DNA from: an uncultured Acidobacteriota bacterium
Lineage (GTDB): Bacteria > Acidobacteriota > Thermoanaerobaculia > UBA5066
Assembly: GCA_963779415.1 (NCBI GenBank)
Contig: CAVZYA010000001.1
Location: forward strand, 1,600,001-1,664,000
Length of the DNA stretch: 64,000 nucleotides
Direction: 5' to 3'
The position numbers and the translations under genes were made by a program. The notes beneath the pieces were generated by a model. The model saw only the letters and a program-made list of their open reading frames with translations. It was not told where the DNA came from and ran no database searches. Below, piece by piece: positions 1 through 9,936 of the stretch; within the stretch, counting starts at the first letter, position 1; every line of letters starts with the position of its first letter.

Positions 1-49
1 GTCTATCCCAGGTCTCAATTGACCTCTCAACGCAGCGCGTCCGGGGTCG

Positions 50-215
50 TCAGGCCGGCCGGAACGCCTCCACCGGCGCGCGGGCGATCTCCTCCGCAGC
101 GAGCCTCTCTTTGGAGAGGAGCGTGAAGAGGTCCAGCTCGGCGCCCGTCAGCAGAACGCGGCTCTCCTGGAATCCGCGCAAGGGCGAGGAGCGCCTCGAG
201 GGAGGTCGCGCTCAC
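50..215 (-). pseudogene. Truncated, frameshifted N-terminal fragment of an O-methyltransferase (dimerisation domain)
   Basis: Strong SD AGGAGGT 5 nt before GTG at 215. A frameshift near 175 joins MSATSLEALLALAR to (G)FQESRVLLTGAELDLFTPLSKERLAAEEIAR, typical of Methyltransf_2 dimerisation domains. Stops at TGA 50-52 with no SAM-binding domain. Confidence 0.55.
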
Positions 216-297
216 GGGACACCTCCTCGCGGAAGCTGCCCCGCGACGCGAGAGGCGCGCCGGGCGGGCCCGGCACCCCGGATCGGCCGGCGACGGG

Positions 298-726
298 TCA
301 TTCGCAGGTGATGCGGACCGTCGCTCTTCCCTGGTCCACGTCCACCGTCAGCTCGCCCATCTCCTTCAGCGCCGCCTCGAGGTCGCCCGTTGCGAGCTTC
401 GAGGAGTCGAGGTCGATTCCGAGCTGGCGCAGCCGCTCGCCGATCGCCTCGCCATACCCGGGGAGCATGGCGCCGAGACGCATGCCACCCCGGACCAGCG
501 AGAGGGGAACCCGGATGTTCACCTGCTTGCCCGGGGAGCCACTGACGCCGGCCTTCAGCACCGACATTCGCAGGAAGCGGCTCCGGGGTTTCTCTGCCGA
601 AGGGGAAACCCCGTCCGTCGCCACGGCGGGCGCGGCTCCGATCGCCCTCAGCAACTGGTCGGCCTCGTCGACGGTCACCTTGCCGCTCGCGAGCAGCTCC
701 AGAACCCGGCGCGCGTCGTCAGACAT
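298..726 (-). CDS. SHOCT-like/YvlB-N-type domain protein, partner of DUF2089
   Basis: MSDDARRVLELLASGKVTVDEADQLL SHOCT-like helix, 'VNIRVPLSLV' and C-terminal 'VRITCE'. Start overlaps the end of the DUF2089 gene. Confidence 0.75.
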   Translation of the reverse strand: MSDDARRVLELLASGKVTVDEADQLLRAIGAAPAVATDGVSPSAEKPRSRFLRMSVLKAGVSGSPGKQVNIRVPLSLVRGGMRLGAMLPGYGEAIGERLRQLGIDLDSSKLATGDLEAALKEMGELTVDVDQGRATVRITCE

Positions 727-1111
727 CGTCGTCTTCCTTTCTCCCGGCCCGCAGCTGCTCAAGCGCTTCAGCCGCCGTGATCACCCCTTGCTCCAGCCGG
801 GCCAGGACGTCGCTCGCGGTCGGCGTCTCCTCGCGCTCGATCTCCACGAACGAAAGGGCCTCGCCAATCCGGTTGAGACGGCTCTTGATCGTCGGGTAGC
901 TCACGCCGAAGTACTTCTCCATCTGCTTGATCGAACCGTGGCATCGGACGAACGCCGCCACGAAGACCTGGTCCTCGCCGGAAAGGCAGGCGAGCGGCGG
1001 CAGCTCGAATCGCCCCTCGATGCTCACGTCGCTCCCCGGAAGGAACGCGCGTTCGATGAGGATGGGCGCCCCCTGGGTGAGCCGGGTCAGCGTCTGCCAC
1101 TCTTGAGTCAT
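719..1111 (-). CDS. DUF2089 family protein (predicted HTH regulator)
   Basis: IEGRFELPPLACLSGEDQVFV..F..CHGSIKQMEKYFGVSYPTIKSRL signature and a C-terminal SHOCT-like helix. Confidence 0.85.
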   Translation of the reverse strand: MTQEWQTLTRLTQGAPILIERAFLPGSDVSIEGRFELPPLACLSGEDQVFVAAFVRCHGSIKQMEKYFGVSYPTIKSRLNRIGEALSFVEIEREETPTASDVLARLEQGVITAAEALEQLRAGRKEDDDV

Positions 1112-1119
1112 ACTAAAGG

Positions 1120-1173
1120 AAGATAGCTTTTTAAATTAATAAAGTCAAGTTAAGAATTAAGAAAATTAATAAA
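1120..1173 (-). promoter_or_regulatory. Sigma70 promoter of the DUF2089 operon with AT-rich direct repeats
   Basis: Minus strand TTGACT (1148-1143), 17 nt, TATCTT (1125-1120), then 8 nt to ATG. AAATTAATAAA occurs at 1133-1143 and 1163-1173. Confidence 0.7.
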
Positions 1174-1472
1174 AGCGCGCCGCAGCATCAAGAGTTCTTC
1201 TGGACGCCATGAGAGCGCGCACGGGCTCCCGGGAGAAAGTCCCCTCGGCGTGGCCGGTAGCGACCTTCTCTCCCCGAACGGCGGCCGCGGGGACGGCTGC
1301 CGGCAGGAGAGTCGTGCTGATATCCGGCGGCTGCTGATGCAGCCGCCGATAGACGAAAAATCTGTCCTTGGCGGACCGGTGTCAAGGGTCTTCGACCGCC
1401 CCGCGGCGCGCGAAGCGCGCCCTAGACACCGGTCTGCCGAGGGCAGCGGCTTTCGCAGATTGCGATGAGGCT

Positions 1473-2246
1473 TCAGCCGCCGCCAGCGGCGGCGGACTCC
1501 GGCCGGTCGATGATCGAGGCCTTGAGGTAGTCGCGGTTCAGGCGGGCGATGAACTCCTGCCGAATCTCCTTCGGGCAGGCGTTCGAGCACTCGCCGTGGT
1601 TCGTGCAGGTGCCGAAGCCTTCCTTGTCCATCTGCTCGACCATCTTCAGGGCGCGCGAGTAGCGCTCGGGCTGCCCCTGGGGGAGATAGCCGAGGTGCGA
1701 GACCTTGGCCGCGACGAAGAGCATCGCCGAGGCGTTCGGACAGGCCGCCACGCACGCCCCGCAGCCGATGCAGGCGGCGGCGTCCATCGAAAGGTCGGCC
1801 GCCTGCTTCGGGACGGGGATCGCGTTGCCGTCGGGGGCGCTTCCGGTCGCGACGCTGATGAAGCCGCCGGCCGCGAGGATCCGGTCGAAGGCGCCGCGAT
1901 CGACAATGAGGTCCCTGAGGACCGGGAAAGCCTTCGCCCGCCACGGCTCGAGGACCAGCTCGTCGCCGCTCCGGAAGCTCCGCATGTGGAGCTGGCAGGC
2001 GGTCGTCGCCTTGCGGGGCCCGTGCGGGACGCCGTTGATGACGACCCCGCACATGCCGCAGATCCCCTCGCGGCAGTCGTGGTCGAAGGCGATCGGATCC
2101 TCGCCCTTGTGAATGAGCCCCTCGTTCACCACGTCGAGCATCTCGAGAAAGGACATGTCGGGGCTGATGTCCTTCGCGTCGTACGTGACGAACCGCCCCG
2201 CGCTCTGGGCGTTCTTCTGGCGCCAGACGTGCAGCTTGAGATTCAT
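1473..2246 (-). CDS. sdhB: Succinate dehydrogenase/fumarate reductase iron-sulfur subunit
   Basis: [10 protein letters not shown] start overlapping the sdhA stop (TGATG). Fe-S motifs [22 protein letters not shown] and [12 protein letters not shown]. Confidence 0.95.
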   Translation of the reverse strand: MNLKLHVWRQKNAQSAGRFVTYDAKDISPDMSFLEMLDVVNEGLIHKGEDPIAFDHDCREGICGMCGVVINGVPHGPRKATTACQLHMRSFRSGDELVLEPWRAKAFPVLRDLIVDRGAFDRILAAGGFISVATGSAPDGNAIPVPKQAADLSMDAAACIGCGACVAACPNASAMLFVAAKVSHLGYLPQGQPERYSRALKMVEQMDKEGFGTCTNHGECSNACPKEIRQEFIARLNRDYLKASIIDRPESAAAGGG

Positions 2247-4159
2247 CACTTGTAGCTCCTCGTCGCGAGATGGACGTTCTCGAAGACGAGCGGCTCCACG
2301 TTGCGGACCGGCGTCTTCCCCTCCCCCGCGTATTCCCAGACGGCCACGTGGGAGTAGTTCGCGTCGTCGCGCTGCGCTTCGCCGTCGGCCGTCTGGAACT
2401 CCTCGCGGAAGTGCCCGCCGCACGACTCGCGGCGCTCGAGGGCGTCGCGGCACATCAGCTCCCCCAGCTCGAGGAAGTCGGCCACGCGCCCCGCCTTCTC
2501 GAGCGACTGGTTGATCTCCTCGTTCTCGCCGAGGACCCGGACGTTCTTCCAGAACTCCTCGCGGAGGACGGGGATCCTCTCGAGCGCGGTCTTGAGCCCC
2601 GCCTCGTTCCGCCCCATCCCGCAGAACTCCCACATGATCTTGCCGAGGTCGCGGTGGAAGGAGTCGACGGTGCGGGAGCCGTGGATCGCGAGGAGCTTCC
2701 GGATCTGCCCGGCGACCTGCGCCTCGACCTCCTTGAAGGCGGCGTGGGTCGAGTCGACCTTGACCTGCTTCGTGGAGCCGAGGAAGTTTCCGATCGTGTA
2801 CGGAAGGACGAAGTAGCCGTCGGCGAGTCCCTGCATCAGGGCGCTCGCCCCGAGGCGGTTCGCGCCATGGTCCGAGAAGTTCGCCTCTCCCGCCACGAAG
2901 AGACCAGGGATCGTCGACATCAGGTTGTAGTCGACCCAGAGGCCCCCCATCGTGTAGTGGGAGGCCGGGAAGATCCGCATCGGGGTCTTGTACGCATTCT
3001 CGTCCGTGATCCGCTCGTACATCTCGATGAGGTTGCCGTATCGGTCGGCGATCGTCTTCTGGCCGAGCCGCTTGATGGCGTCCGAGAAGTCGAGAAAAAC
3101 GCCGAGGCCCGTCGCCCCCACGCCCCGCCCCTCGTCGCAGACCTGCTTGGAGGCCCGCGAGGCGATGTCACGGGGCGCGAGGTTCCCGAAGCTCGGGTAC
3201 TTCCGTTCGAGAAAGTAGTCGCGCTCCTCTTCGGGGATGTCGCCCGGGGCTCTCTTGTCCCCTTTCTTCAGCGGCACCCAGATCCGGCCGTCGTTGCGGA
3301 GCGACTCGGACATGAGCGTCAGCTTCGACTGGTGCTCGCCGGTGACCGGGATGCAGGTGGGGTGGATCTGCGTGTAACAGGGGTTTCCGAAGCCGGCGCC
3401 TTTCTTGTAGGCACGCCAGATCGCGGTCGTCGAGCACCCCTTGGCGTTCGTCGAGAGGTAGAAGACGTTGCCGTAGCCGCCGGTCGCGAGGACGACGGCG
3501 TCGGCGGCCCACGACTCGATCTTTCCGGTCACCATGTCGCGCGTCACGATGCCGCGGGCCCGGCCGTCGACGACGACGAGCTCCAGCATCTCGTGGCGCG
3601 TGAACATCTTCACCGCGCCGAGGCCGATCTGCCGCTCGAGGGCCTGATAGGCGCCGATCAGGAGCTGCTGCCCCGTCTGGCCCCGGGCGTAGAAGGTGCG
3701 CGAGACCTGCGCGCCGCCGAAGGAGCGGTTCGAGAGGGTGCCGCCGTACTCGCGGGCGAAGGGGACCCCCTGCGCGACGCACTGGTCGATGATGTTGACC
3801 GACACCTCGGCGAGGCGGTGGACGTTCGCCTCGCGGGCGCGGAAGTCTCCCCCCTTGATCGTGTCGTAGAAGAGGCGGAAGACGCTGTCGCCGTCGTTCT
3901 GGTAGTTCTTCGCGGCGTTGATCCCCCCCTGCGCGGCGATCGAATGGGCGCGGCGGGGGCTGTCCTGATAGCAGAAGCAGAGGACGTTGTAGCCGAGCTC
4001 GGCGAGGCTCGCGGCCCCGGAGGCGCCGGCGAGGCCCGACCCGACCATGATGACCGTGTACTTCCGCTTGTTGGCGGGGTTCACCAGCTTCATGTCGAAG
4101 CGGTGCTTCGTCCATTTCTCGGCGAGGGGGCCCGACGGGACGGCGGATTTCAGTTCCAT
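2246..4159 (-). CDS. sdhA: Succinate dehydrogenase/fumarate reductase flavoprotein subunit
   Basis: GSGLAG FAD motif, [13 protein letters not shown] covalent-FAD His, [22 protein letters not shown]. Confidence 0.97.
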   Translation of the reverse strand: MELKSAVPSGPLAEKWTKHRFDMKLVNPANKRKYTVIMVGSGLAGASGAASLAELGYNVLCFCYQDSPRRAHSIAAQGGINAAKNYQNDGDSVFRLFYDTIKGGDFRAREANVHRLAEVSVNIIDQCVAQGVPFAREYGGTLSNRSFGGAQVSRTFYARGQTGQQLLIGAYQALERQIGLGAVKMFTRHEMLELVVVDGRARGIVTRDMVTGKIESWAADAVVLATGGYGNVFYLSTNAKGCSTTAIWRAYKKGAGFGNPCYTQIHPTCIPVTGEHQSKLTLMSESLRNDGRIWVPLKKGDKRAPGDIPEEERDYFLERKYPSFGNLAPRDIASRASKQVCDEGRGVGATGLGVFLDFSDAIKRLGQKTIADRYGNLIEMYERITDENAYKTPMRIFPASHYTMGGLWVDYNLMSTIPGLFVAGEANFSDHGANRLGASALMQGLADGYFVLPYTIGNFLGSTKQVKVDSTHAAFKEVEAQVAGQIRKLLAIHGSRTVDSFHRDLGKIMWEFCGMGRNEAGLKTALERIPVLREEFWKNVRVLGENEEINQSLEKAGRVADFLELGELMCRDALERRESCGGHFREEFQTADGEAQRDDANYSHVAVWEYAGEGKTPVRNVEPLVFENVHLATRSYK

Positions 4160-4175
4160 CTCATCTCCTCCCGTC

Positions 4176-4832
4176 TCACTTCACGAAGCCGAAGAGGACG
4201 GCCAGCGGGACGGCCATGAACCCTCCGGCGACGACGACGGTGAAGACGATCGCGATCTTCTTCCGGACGGGATCGAAGCGCGGGTGCGAGAGGCCGAGGG
4301 TCTGCAGCATGCTCCAGGTTCCGTGCCATGTGTGGACCCCGAGGCAGAGCATCGCCACGACGTAGAAGAGGCCGACCGGCACGACCGAGAGCCCCCGCAC
4401 GACGTTCCCGTAGGCGTCGAGGTGCTTGAAGGCGGGGTGGATGCTCCCGACCGTCATGTGAAGGATGTGGAAGACGATGAAGACGGCGAGGATCGGGCCC
4501 GTCCAGCGCATCGTGCGGGAGGCGAGATCCGAGGCCTCGTAGGCCGTCTTCCGGTAGCCGACGGGGCGGGCGCTCCAGCTCTCCGCGGTCGTCGAGAGAT
4601 ACGCCCAGGCATGAAGCCCGACGCAGACGAGGAGGACGAGGCGGACGGCCCAGAGCCCCGTTCCGAGGCCCTGGAGGAAGGCCGCGTAATGGTTCATCGC
4701 CTCCGGGCCCTTGAAGACGAGGGTGTTCCCCGTCATGTGCCCGAGGACGAAGAGCGACAGGACGATGCCCGTCACCGCCATCACGATCTTCTTTCCCACC
4801 GAGGAGTTGATGAATACCAAGGCTCGGGACAT
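4176..4832 (-). CDS. sdhC: Succinate dehydrogenase cytochrome b558 subunit
   Basis: [13 protein letters not shown]...HMTGN, five TM helices with heme His residues, [11 protein letters not shown]. Directly upstream of sdhA. Confidence 0.92.
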   Translation of the reverse strand: MSRALVFINSSVGKKIVMAVTGIVLSLFVLGHMTGNTLVFKGPEAMNHYAAFLQGLGTGLWAVRLVLLVCVGLHAWAYLSTTAESWSARPVGYRKTAYEASDLASRTMRWTGPILAVFIVFHILHMTVGSIHPAFKHLDAYGNVVRGLSVVPVGLFYVVAMLCLGVHTWHGTWSMLQTLGLSHPRFDPVRKKIAIVFTVVVAGGFMAVPLAVLFGFVK

Positions 4833-4870
4833 CCGCGTCGCCCCTCCTCCCGACGGAATTTCCGCCGCGC

Positions 4871-5901
<1,031 letters not shown>

Positions 5902-5982
5902 TCAAACGCTCCAAATGCCCGCTTTTCCCCCGAGGGGGTCGGGGAACGTCGGGGGCCTTCCGAACGTATAGTCTTTCGGGGA

Positions 5983-6345
5983 ATGGACGCCCACGGAAGG
6001 ATCCCGACCTGGCGCCGCGGACTGGAGTTCGCCCACACGGTCTGTGCGGCCGTGGCGGGGGGGCCGCTCGGCGGGACCGACGCCGGACGGCGGCTCCGGT
6101 CGGCTGCCGTCTCCGTCCCCTCGCTCGTCGGCGAGGCTTTTCTCGATCAGGGAGCGGCCGAGGCCGCCCGGTCGCTCCTGGCGGCCGCCGAGAAGCTGGC
6201 CGAGGTGGCGGGGATCCTGTCGCTCGACCCGATCCGTCAGGCTCTCGGGGAGCCCGAGCGGATGGCCCTCTTGCGCGAGATCGAATCCCTCCGCGCCGAG
6301 CTGGACCTCCTCCGGGACGGACTCCCGGGTACCCCCTCCCACTGA
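5983..6345 (+). CDS. Divergent four-helix-bundle protein (23S rRNA IVS-protein-like)
   Basis: W..GLEFA..V...RRLRSAAVSVPSLVGEA resembles the QLRRAAVSIPSNIAEG family signature. TATAGT at 5967-5972 upstream. Confidence 0.55.
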   Translation: MDAHGRIPTWRRGLEFAHTVCAAVAGGPLGGTDAGRRLRSAAVSVPSLVGEAFLDQGAAEAARSLLAAAEKLAEVAGILSLDPIRQALGEPERMALLREIESLRAELDLLRDGLPGTPSH

Positions 6346-6356
6346 GCCTTCGCCGG

Positions 6357-7883
6357 TCACCGCCGGAAATGCTGGAGGGCGTCGGTCGGGCTGTAGTCGT
6401 CCGTCAGGACCGGAACGCCCTTCGTCCGCATCTCGCCGTCGAAAAGGCTCCCCGCCCACGTCGCGACGCCGGCGCGGCCGAGACGCTTCGCGAGGGCGGA
6501 TGCCCGGTCGGCGATCTCCCCGCCGCCGAGACGGTCGGGCGAGCGGGATGCCACCACGATCGCGTTCCCCCGGAAGAGCGGATCGCCCCGCGCCAGCTCG
6601 CCGGAGAAGATGTAGACACGCGGGAAGACCTCCGAGAGGGTCCGGATCGCCGCCCAGAAGAGCCCGTTCCCCTTCCCGGTGAAGTCCCCGACGAAGTTCG
6701 CGGCGAGAACGCCGCCCGGCGAGAGCCGGTCGCGGGCGAGCGTGAAGAACTCCTTCGTCAGGAGGTGGAACGGCACACCGTCGGCGAAGTAGGCATCGAC
6801 GATGAGGACGTCGGTTCCGGAGATTTCCCGCTTGAGCTCCCACCGGCCGTCCCCGGTGAGGATCCGGCTGCCGGCTCCCGGGGCGACGCCGAAGCGCCGT
6901 GCCACCGCCACGACCTCCGGGTCGATCTCGATCGTCGTCACGGCGATCTCCGGCGCGCGGGCGGAGAGAATCGCCTGGATCATCCCGGCGCCGAGGCCGA
7001 TGGCGACGAGGCTTTCCGGCCGGCGCGGGAAGGCGAGAGAGAGGAGGAGCGCGTCCGAGTAGTTCGGCGGGATCCCGGCCCCATCGCCCCTCGGAAAGTA
7101 GCCCTGCAGGAAACGGTCGAAATAGAGCATCCGGCGGGGGCCCTGCTCCACGACGCGGATCCGGTGGTACGCGGTCTCCTTCTGGAAAAGGACCGTCCCG
7201 CCGAAGATCGGCGCCGAGGCCGCTCCCGGCGCGAGGAACGTCGCGGCAGACGCCGCGCCGACGAGGAGGAGATCGCGCAGGGCGCGTCCCGCGGAGACCG
7301 GCGCCGGAACGAGCCATGCGGCGACGACCAGAGCAAGGCCGATCCCGAACAGGATCGGGGGGGTCGAGAGGATCGGGATGAGAAAGAAGGTCGTCGCGAA
7401 AGTCCCGGCGATCGACCCGACGGTCGAGACGGCCGAGATCCGCCCCGCCGCGGCGCCGAGCGTCGAGATCTCGCGCGCGACGAGACGGACCGCGAAGGTC
7501 GTCACCGTCCCCATCAGGGTGCAGGGGCCGGCGAAGAGGGCGAGCGCCGCGAGGAGCGAACGATACCGGTCCGGGACGTCGGCCTCCGCGAAGAGGCGGA
7601 GTATCGGGCCCGGCGCGAAAAAGACGATCCACGTCAGAACCCCCGAGACGGTGAGCATCTGCGCGAGGGCCGACGCGCGGGGCATTCTGTCCGAGAGCTT
7701 TCCGCCGAGCGCCGCGCCGAGGGCGAGCGAGGCGAGAAATACGGTGATGAGCGAGCCCCAGACGAAGATCGAGGTCCCGAAGACCGGCGCGAGGATCCGG
7801 GCTCCGACGATCTCGAGGCTCATGAGCGCGGCTCCGGCGACGAAAACGGCCAGCTCCAGCCGGAGAAGCTCGCGTCGGCCCAC
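6357..7883 (-). CDS. Fused membrane (MFS-like)/spermidine synthase-like SAM-dependent transferase
   Basis: N-terminal TM block (GAALMSLEIVGARILAPVFGTS, STVGSIAGTF). C-terminal class I MTase fold (IGLGAG, IEIDPEV, GDGR, LIVDAY, PFHLLTKEFF). Confidence 0.85.
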   Translation of the reverse strand: MGRRELLRLELAVFVAGAALMSLEIVGARILAPVFGTSIFVWGSLITVFLASLALGAALGGKLSDRMPRASALAQMLTVSGVLTWIVFFAPGPILRLFAEADVPDRYRSLLAALALFAGPCTLMGTVTTFAVRLVAREISTLGAAAGRISAVSTVGSIAGTFATTFFLIPILSTPPILFGIGLALVVAAWLVPAPVSAGRALRDLLLVGAASAATFLAPGAASAPIFGGTVLFQKETAYHRIRVVEQGPRRMLYFDRFLQGYFPRGDGAGIPPNYSDALLLSLAFPRRPESLVAIGLGAGMIQAILSARAPEIAVTTIEIDPEVVAVARRFGVAPGAGSRILTGDGRWELKREISGTDVLIVDAYFADGVPFHLLTKEFFTLARDRLSPGGVLAANFVGDFTGKGNGLFWAAIRTLSEVFPRVYIFSGELARGDPLFRGNAIVVASRSPDRLGGGEIADRASALAKRLGRAGVATWAGSLFDGEMRTKGVPVLTDDYSPTDALQHFRR

Positions 7884-7982
7884 GAAGGCAGTCTAGCCGG
7901 ACGGAACCGGCGGCCCCTTGACGCTCTCCCGTCCAGCCGTTAGCGTTCCGGCCGACGTCGTCCCCGTTCCAAAGGAGATCCG

Positions 7983-8327
7983 ATGTGCTTCCGCCCCGCC
8001 CTTTCGGTCCTCGTCCTCGGAGCCCTTCTCGCCGCCGCCGCTCCCGCGATCTCGGACGAGAAGGCCCCGGCCCCCGCGCCCGCCTCCACGACGGCGGCCC
8101 CGGCGACGGCGCCCGGCAGCGTGACCACGGCCCCTGCCGGCGAAGCTCCCGCCACGGCGTCGAGCGCGGCCCCGGCTTCGGCGGCCCCCGCGGCCAGGGC
8201 CCCGGCCGAGAAGACGACGAACGAGGTCCCGGCCGGCGCCTCCCGGACGACGACGATCGTCATCGGCCTGATCGTCCTCCTGCTCCTCGTCGTCCTCGTC
8301 GTTCTCGGGACGAAGAAGCAGGAGTAG
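7983..8327 (+). CDS. Small secreted Ala/Pro/Thr-rich protein with C-terminal membrane anchor
   Basis: SD AAGGAG, signal peptide, low-complexity linker, hydrophobic helix followed by KKQE. Confidence 0.65.
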   Translation: MCFRPALSVLVLGALLAAAAPAISDEKAPAPAPASTTAAPATAPGSVTTAPAGEAPATASSAAPASAAPAARAPAEKTTNEVPAGASRTTTIVIGLIVLLLLVVLVVLGTKKQE

Positions 8328-8339
8328 CCTCCTCCGCGC

Positions 8340-9914
8340 TCAGCCTCCGGAGCGCATCTCCTCGAGATCCAGCTCGTGCTGGAGGCGGTGGAGGACGTCG
8401 TCGCCGATCGATTCCTCCTGCCTCAGGAGGAGGAGCTTCTCCCGCTGCGCCGTGAGCGCCTCGCGGCGGAGCCAGCGGATCCGCTCGGGCGTGGAGCTCG
8501 GGACCGGTTCCCCCGGCTCCTCGCGGAGAAGCTGCCGCAGCCGGTCCAGAAGCTCCTGCCGGACCGGATGTATCTGGTGGGCCGGGATCATCTGCTCCTC
8601 GGTGAGCGTGTCGACGCGTGAGAGCCCGGCCTCGGCGAGCGCTTTCCGGGCCAGACGCTCTTCGCGCCAGGCGGTGACGTCGGATCCGATCCCGAGCCAG
8701 CGGATGAAGGCGGGGAGCGTCAGCCCCTGGACGACGAGCGTGCCGAAAATGACCGCGAAAGTGACGACGAGGACGAGGTCGCGGGCGGGAAAGGGCGCCC
8801 CGGAGGCCGTCTGCGAAGGGAGGGCGAGCGCCGCCGCGAGCGAGACGATCCCCCGCATCCCCGTCCACCCGGCGAGGAGGACCCAGGGCCAGGGGGGCTT
8901 CGGGCTCCGCGCCGCATAGGAAGGGAAAAGGAGGCGCGGGAGGTAGGCGCCGGGGAACATCCAGAGGATCCGGATCCCGACCGCCGCCGCGAGCGTCGCG
9001 AAGACGGCGTCCACGACCGTCTCGCGGGAGAAGCCCGAGAGCCCCGCCACGACGGACCGGAGCTGAAGGCCGATGAGGACGAAGATCAGGGCGTTCAGGA
9101 CGAAGACGACCGTGTCCCAGAACGCCGTCGCCTCGATCCGGACCTTCGCGTTCCAGACGTGAGGGACGGCGCGTCCCTGGATCAGTCCCGCCGCGACGAC
9201 GGCGAGGACGCCGGAGACGTGCAGCCGCTCGGCCACGATGTAGGTCAGGAACGAGACGAGGAGGGACGCGGTGGCGGCCAGGACGCTGTCGTCGAGGAAG
9301 CGCTGCACCTTCGCGAAGCCGACGCCGACCGCGATCCCTACGGCGAGGCCCCCGGCGACGACGAGGACGAAGTCTAGCGCCCCCTCTCCGGCCGAGAAGG
9401 AGCCGGTGACGACGGCCGCCGTCGCGAATTTCAGGAGAACCAGGCCCGTCGCGTCGTTCACGAGGCTCTCCCCCTCGAGAATCGTGACGATCCGGCGGGG
9501 AAGATGGAGACGCCGGGCGATCGCGGTCGCCGCGACGGCGTCCGGCGGAGAGACGATGGCCCCGAGAACGAAGGCCGCCCCCCAGCCGGCCTCCGGAACG
9601 ACGGCGTGGAAGGCGAGCGCCACGGCCGCCGTCGTCGCCGCGACGAGCCCGACCGCGAGAAGCGAGATCGAGAGGAGGTTGTCCCGAAAGTCGCGCCACG
9701 ACGTGAAATAGGCCGCCGCGTAGAGGATCGGCGGCAGGAAGAGGAGAAAAACGAGCTGCGGGTCGAGGCGCGGCTCGGGAAGACCGGGAACGAAAGCGAG
9801 AAGGCTCCCGCCGATCACGAGGACGATCGGGTACGGGACCGAGAGCCTCCGCGCGACGACGGCGAGAACCGTCGTCGGGACGAGAAGCGCCAGGACGGTC
9901 TCGACGGGGTGCAT
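8340..9914 (-). CDS. Na+/H+ antiporter, CPA1 family
   Basis: FLPPILY, GAIVSPPDAVA, ILEGESLVNDATGLV, VSGVLAVV, GMRGIVSLAAAL and VQGLTL motifs. Confidence 0.93.
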   Translation of the reverse strand: MHPVETVLALLVPTTVLAVVARRLSVPYPIVLVIGGSLLAFVPGLPEPRLDPQLVFLLFLPPILYAAAYFTSWRDFRDNLLSISLLAVGLVAATTAAVALAFHAVVPEAGWGAAFVLGAIVSPPDAVAATAIARRLHLPRRIVTILEGESLVNDATGLVLLKFATAAVVTGSFSAGEGALDFVLVVAGGLAVGIAVGVGFAKVQRFLDDSVLAATASLLVSFLTYIVAERLHVSGVLAVVAAGLIQGRAVPHVWNAKVRIEATAFWDTVVFVLNALIFVLIGLQLRSVVAGLSGFSRETVVDAVFATLAAAVGIRILWMFPGAYLPRLLFPSYAARSPKPPWPWVLLAGWTGMRGIVSLAAALALPSQTASGAPFPARDLVLVVTFAVIFGTLVVQGLTLPAFIRWLGIGSDVTAWREERLARKALAEAGLSRVDTLTEEQMIPAHQIHPVRQELLDRLRQLLREEPGEPVPSSTPERIRWLRREALTAQREKLLLLRQEESIGDDVLHRLQHELDLEEMRSGG

Positions 9915-9936
9915 CGTCCGCGTCGCTCCGGCCTTG

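Noticed and set aside
1185-1200. ATCAAGAG as the start of a SAM-I riboswitch
   Set aside because: The remaining SAM-I elements (GAGGGA, GCAACC, GTGC) are not in the expected arrangement, and there is no downstream plus-strand gene.
2270-4219. Long plus-strand ORFs opposite sdhA (also 43713-46688, 52030-54069, 54757-56961)
   Set aside because: Mirror-frame shadows of conserved minus-strand genes.
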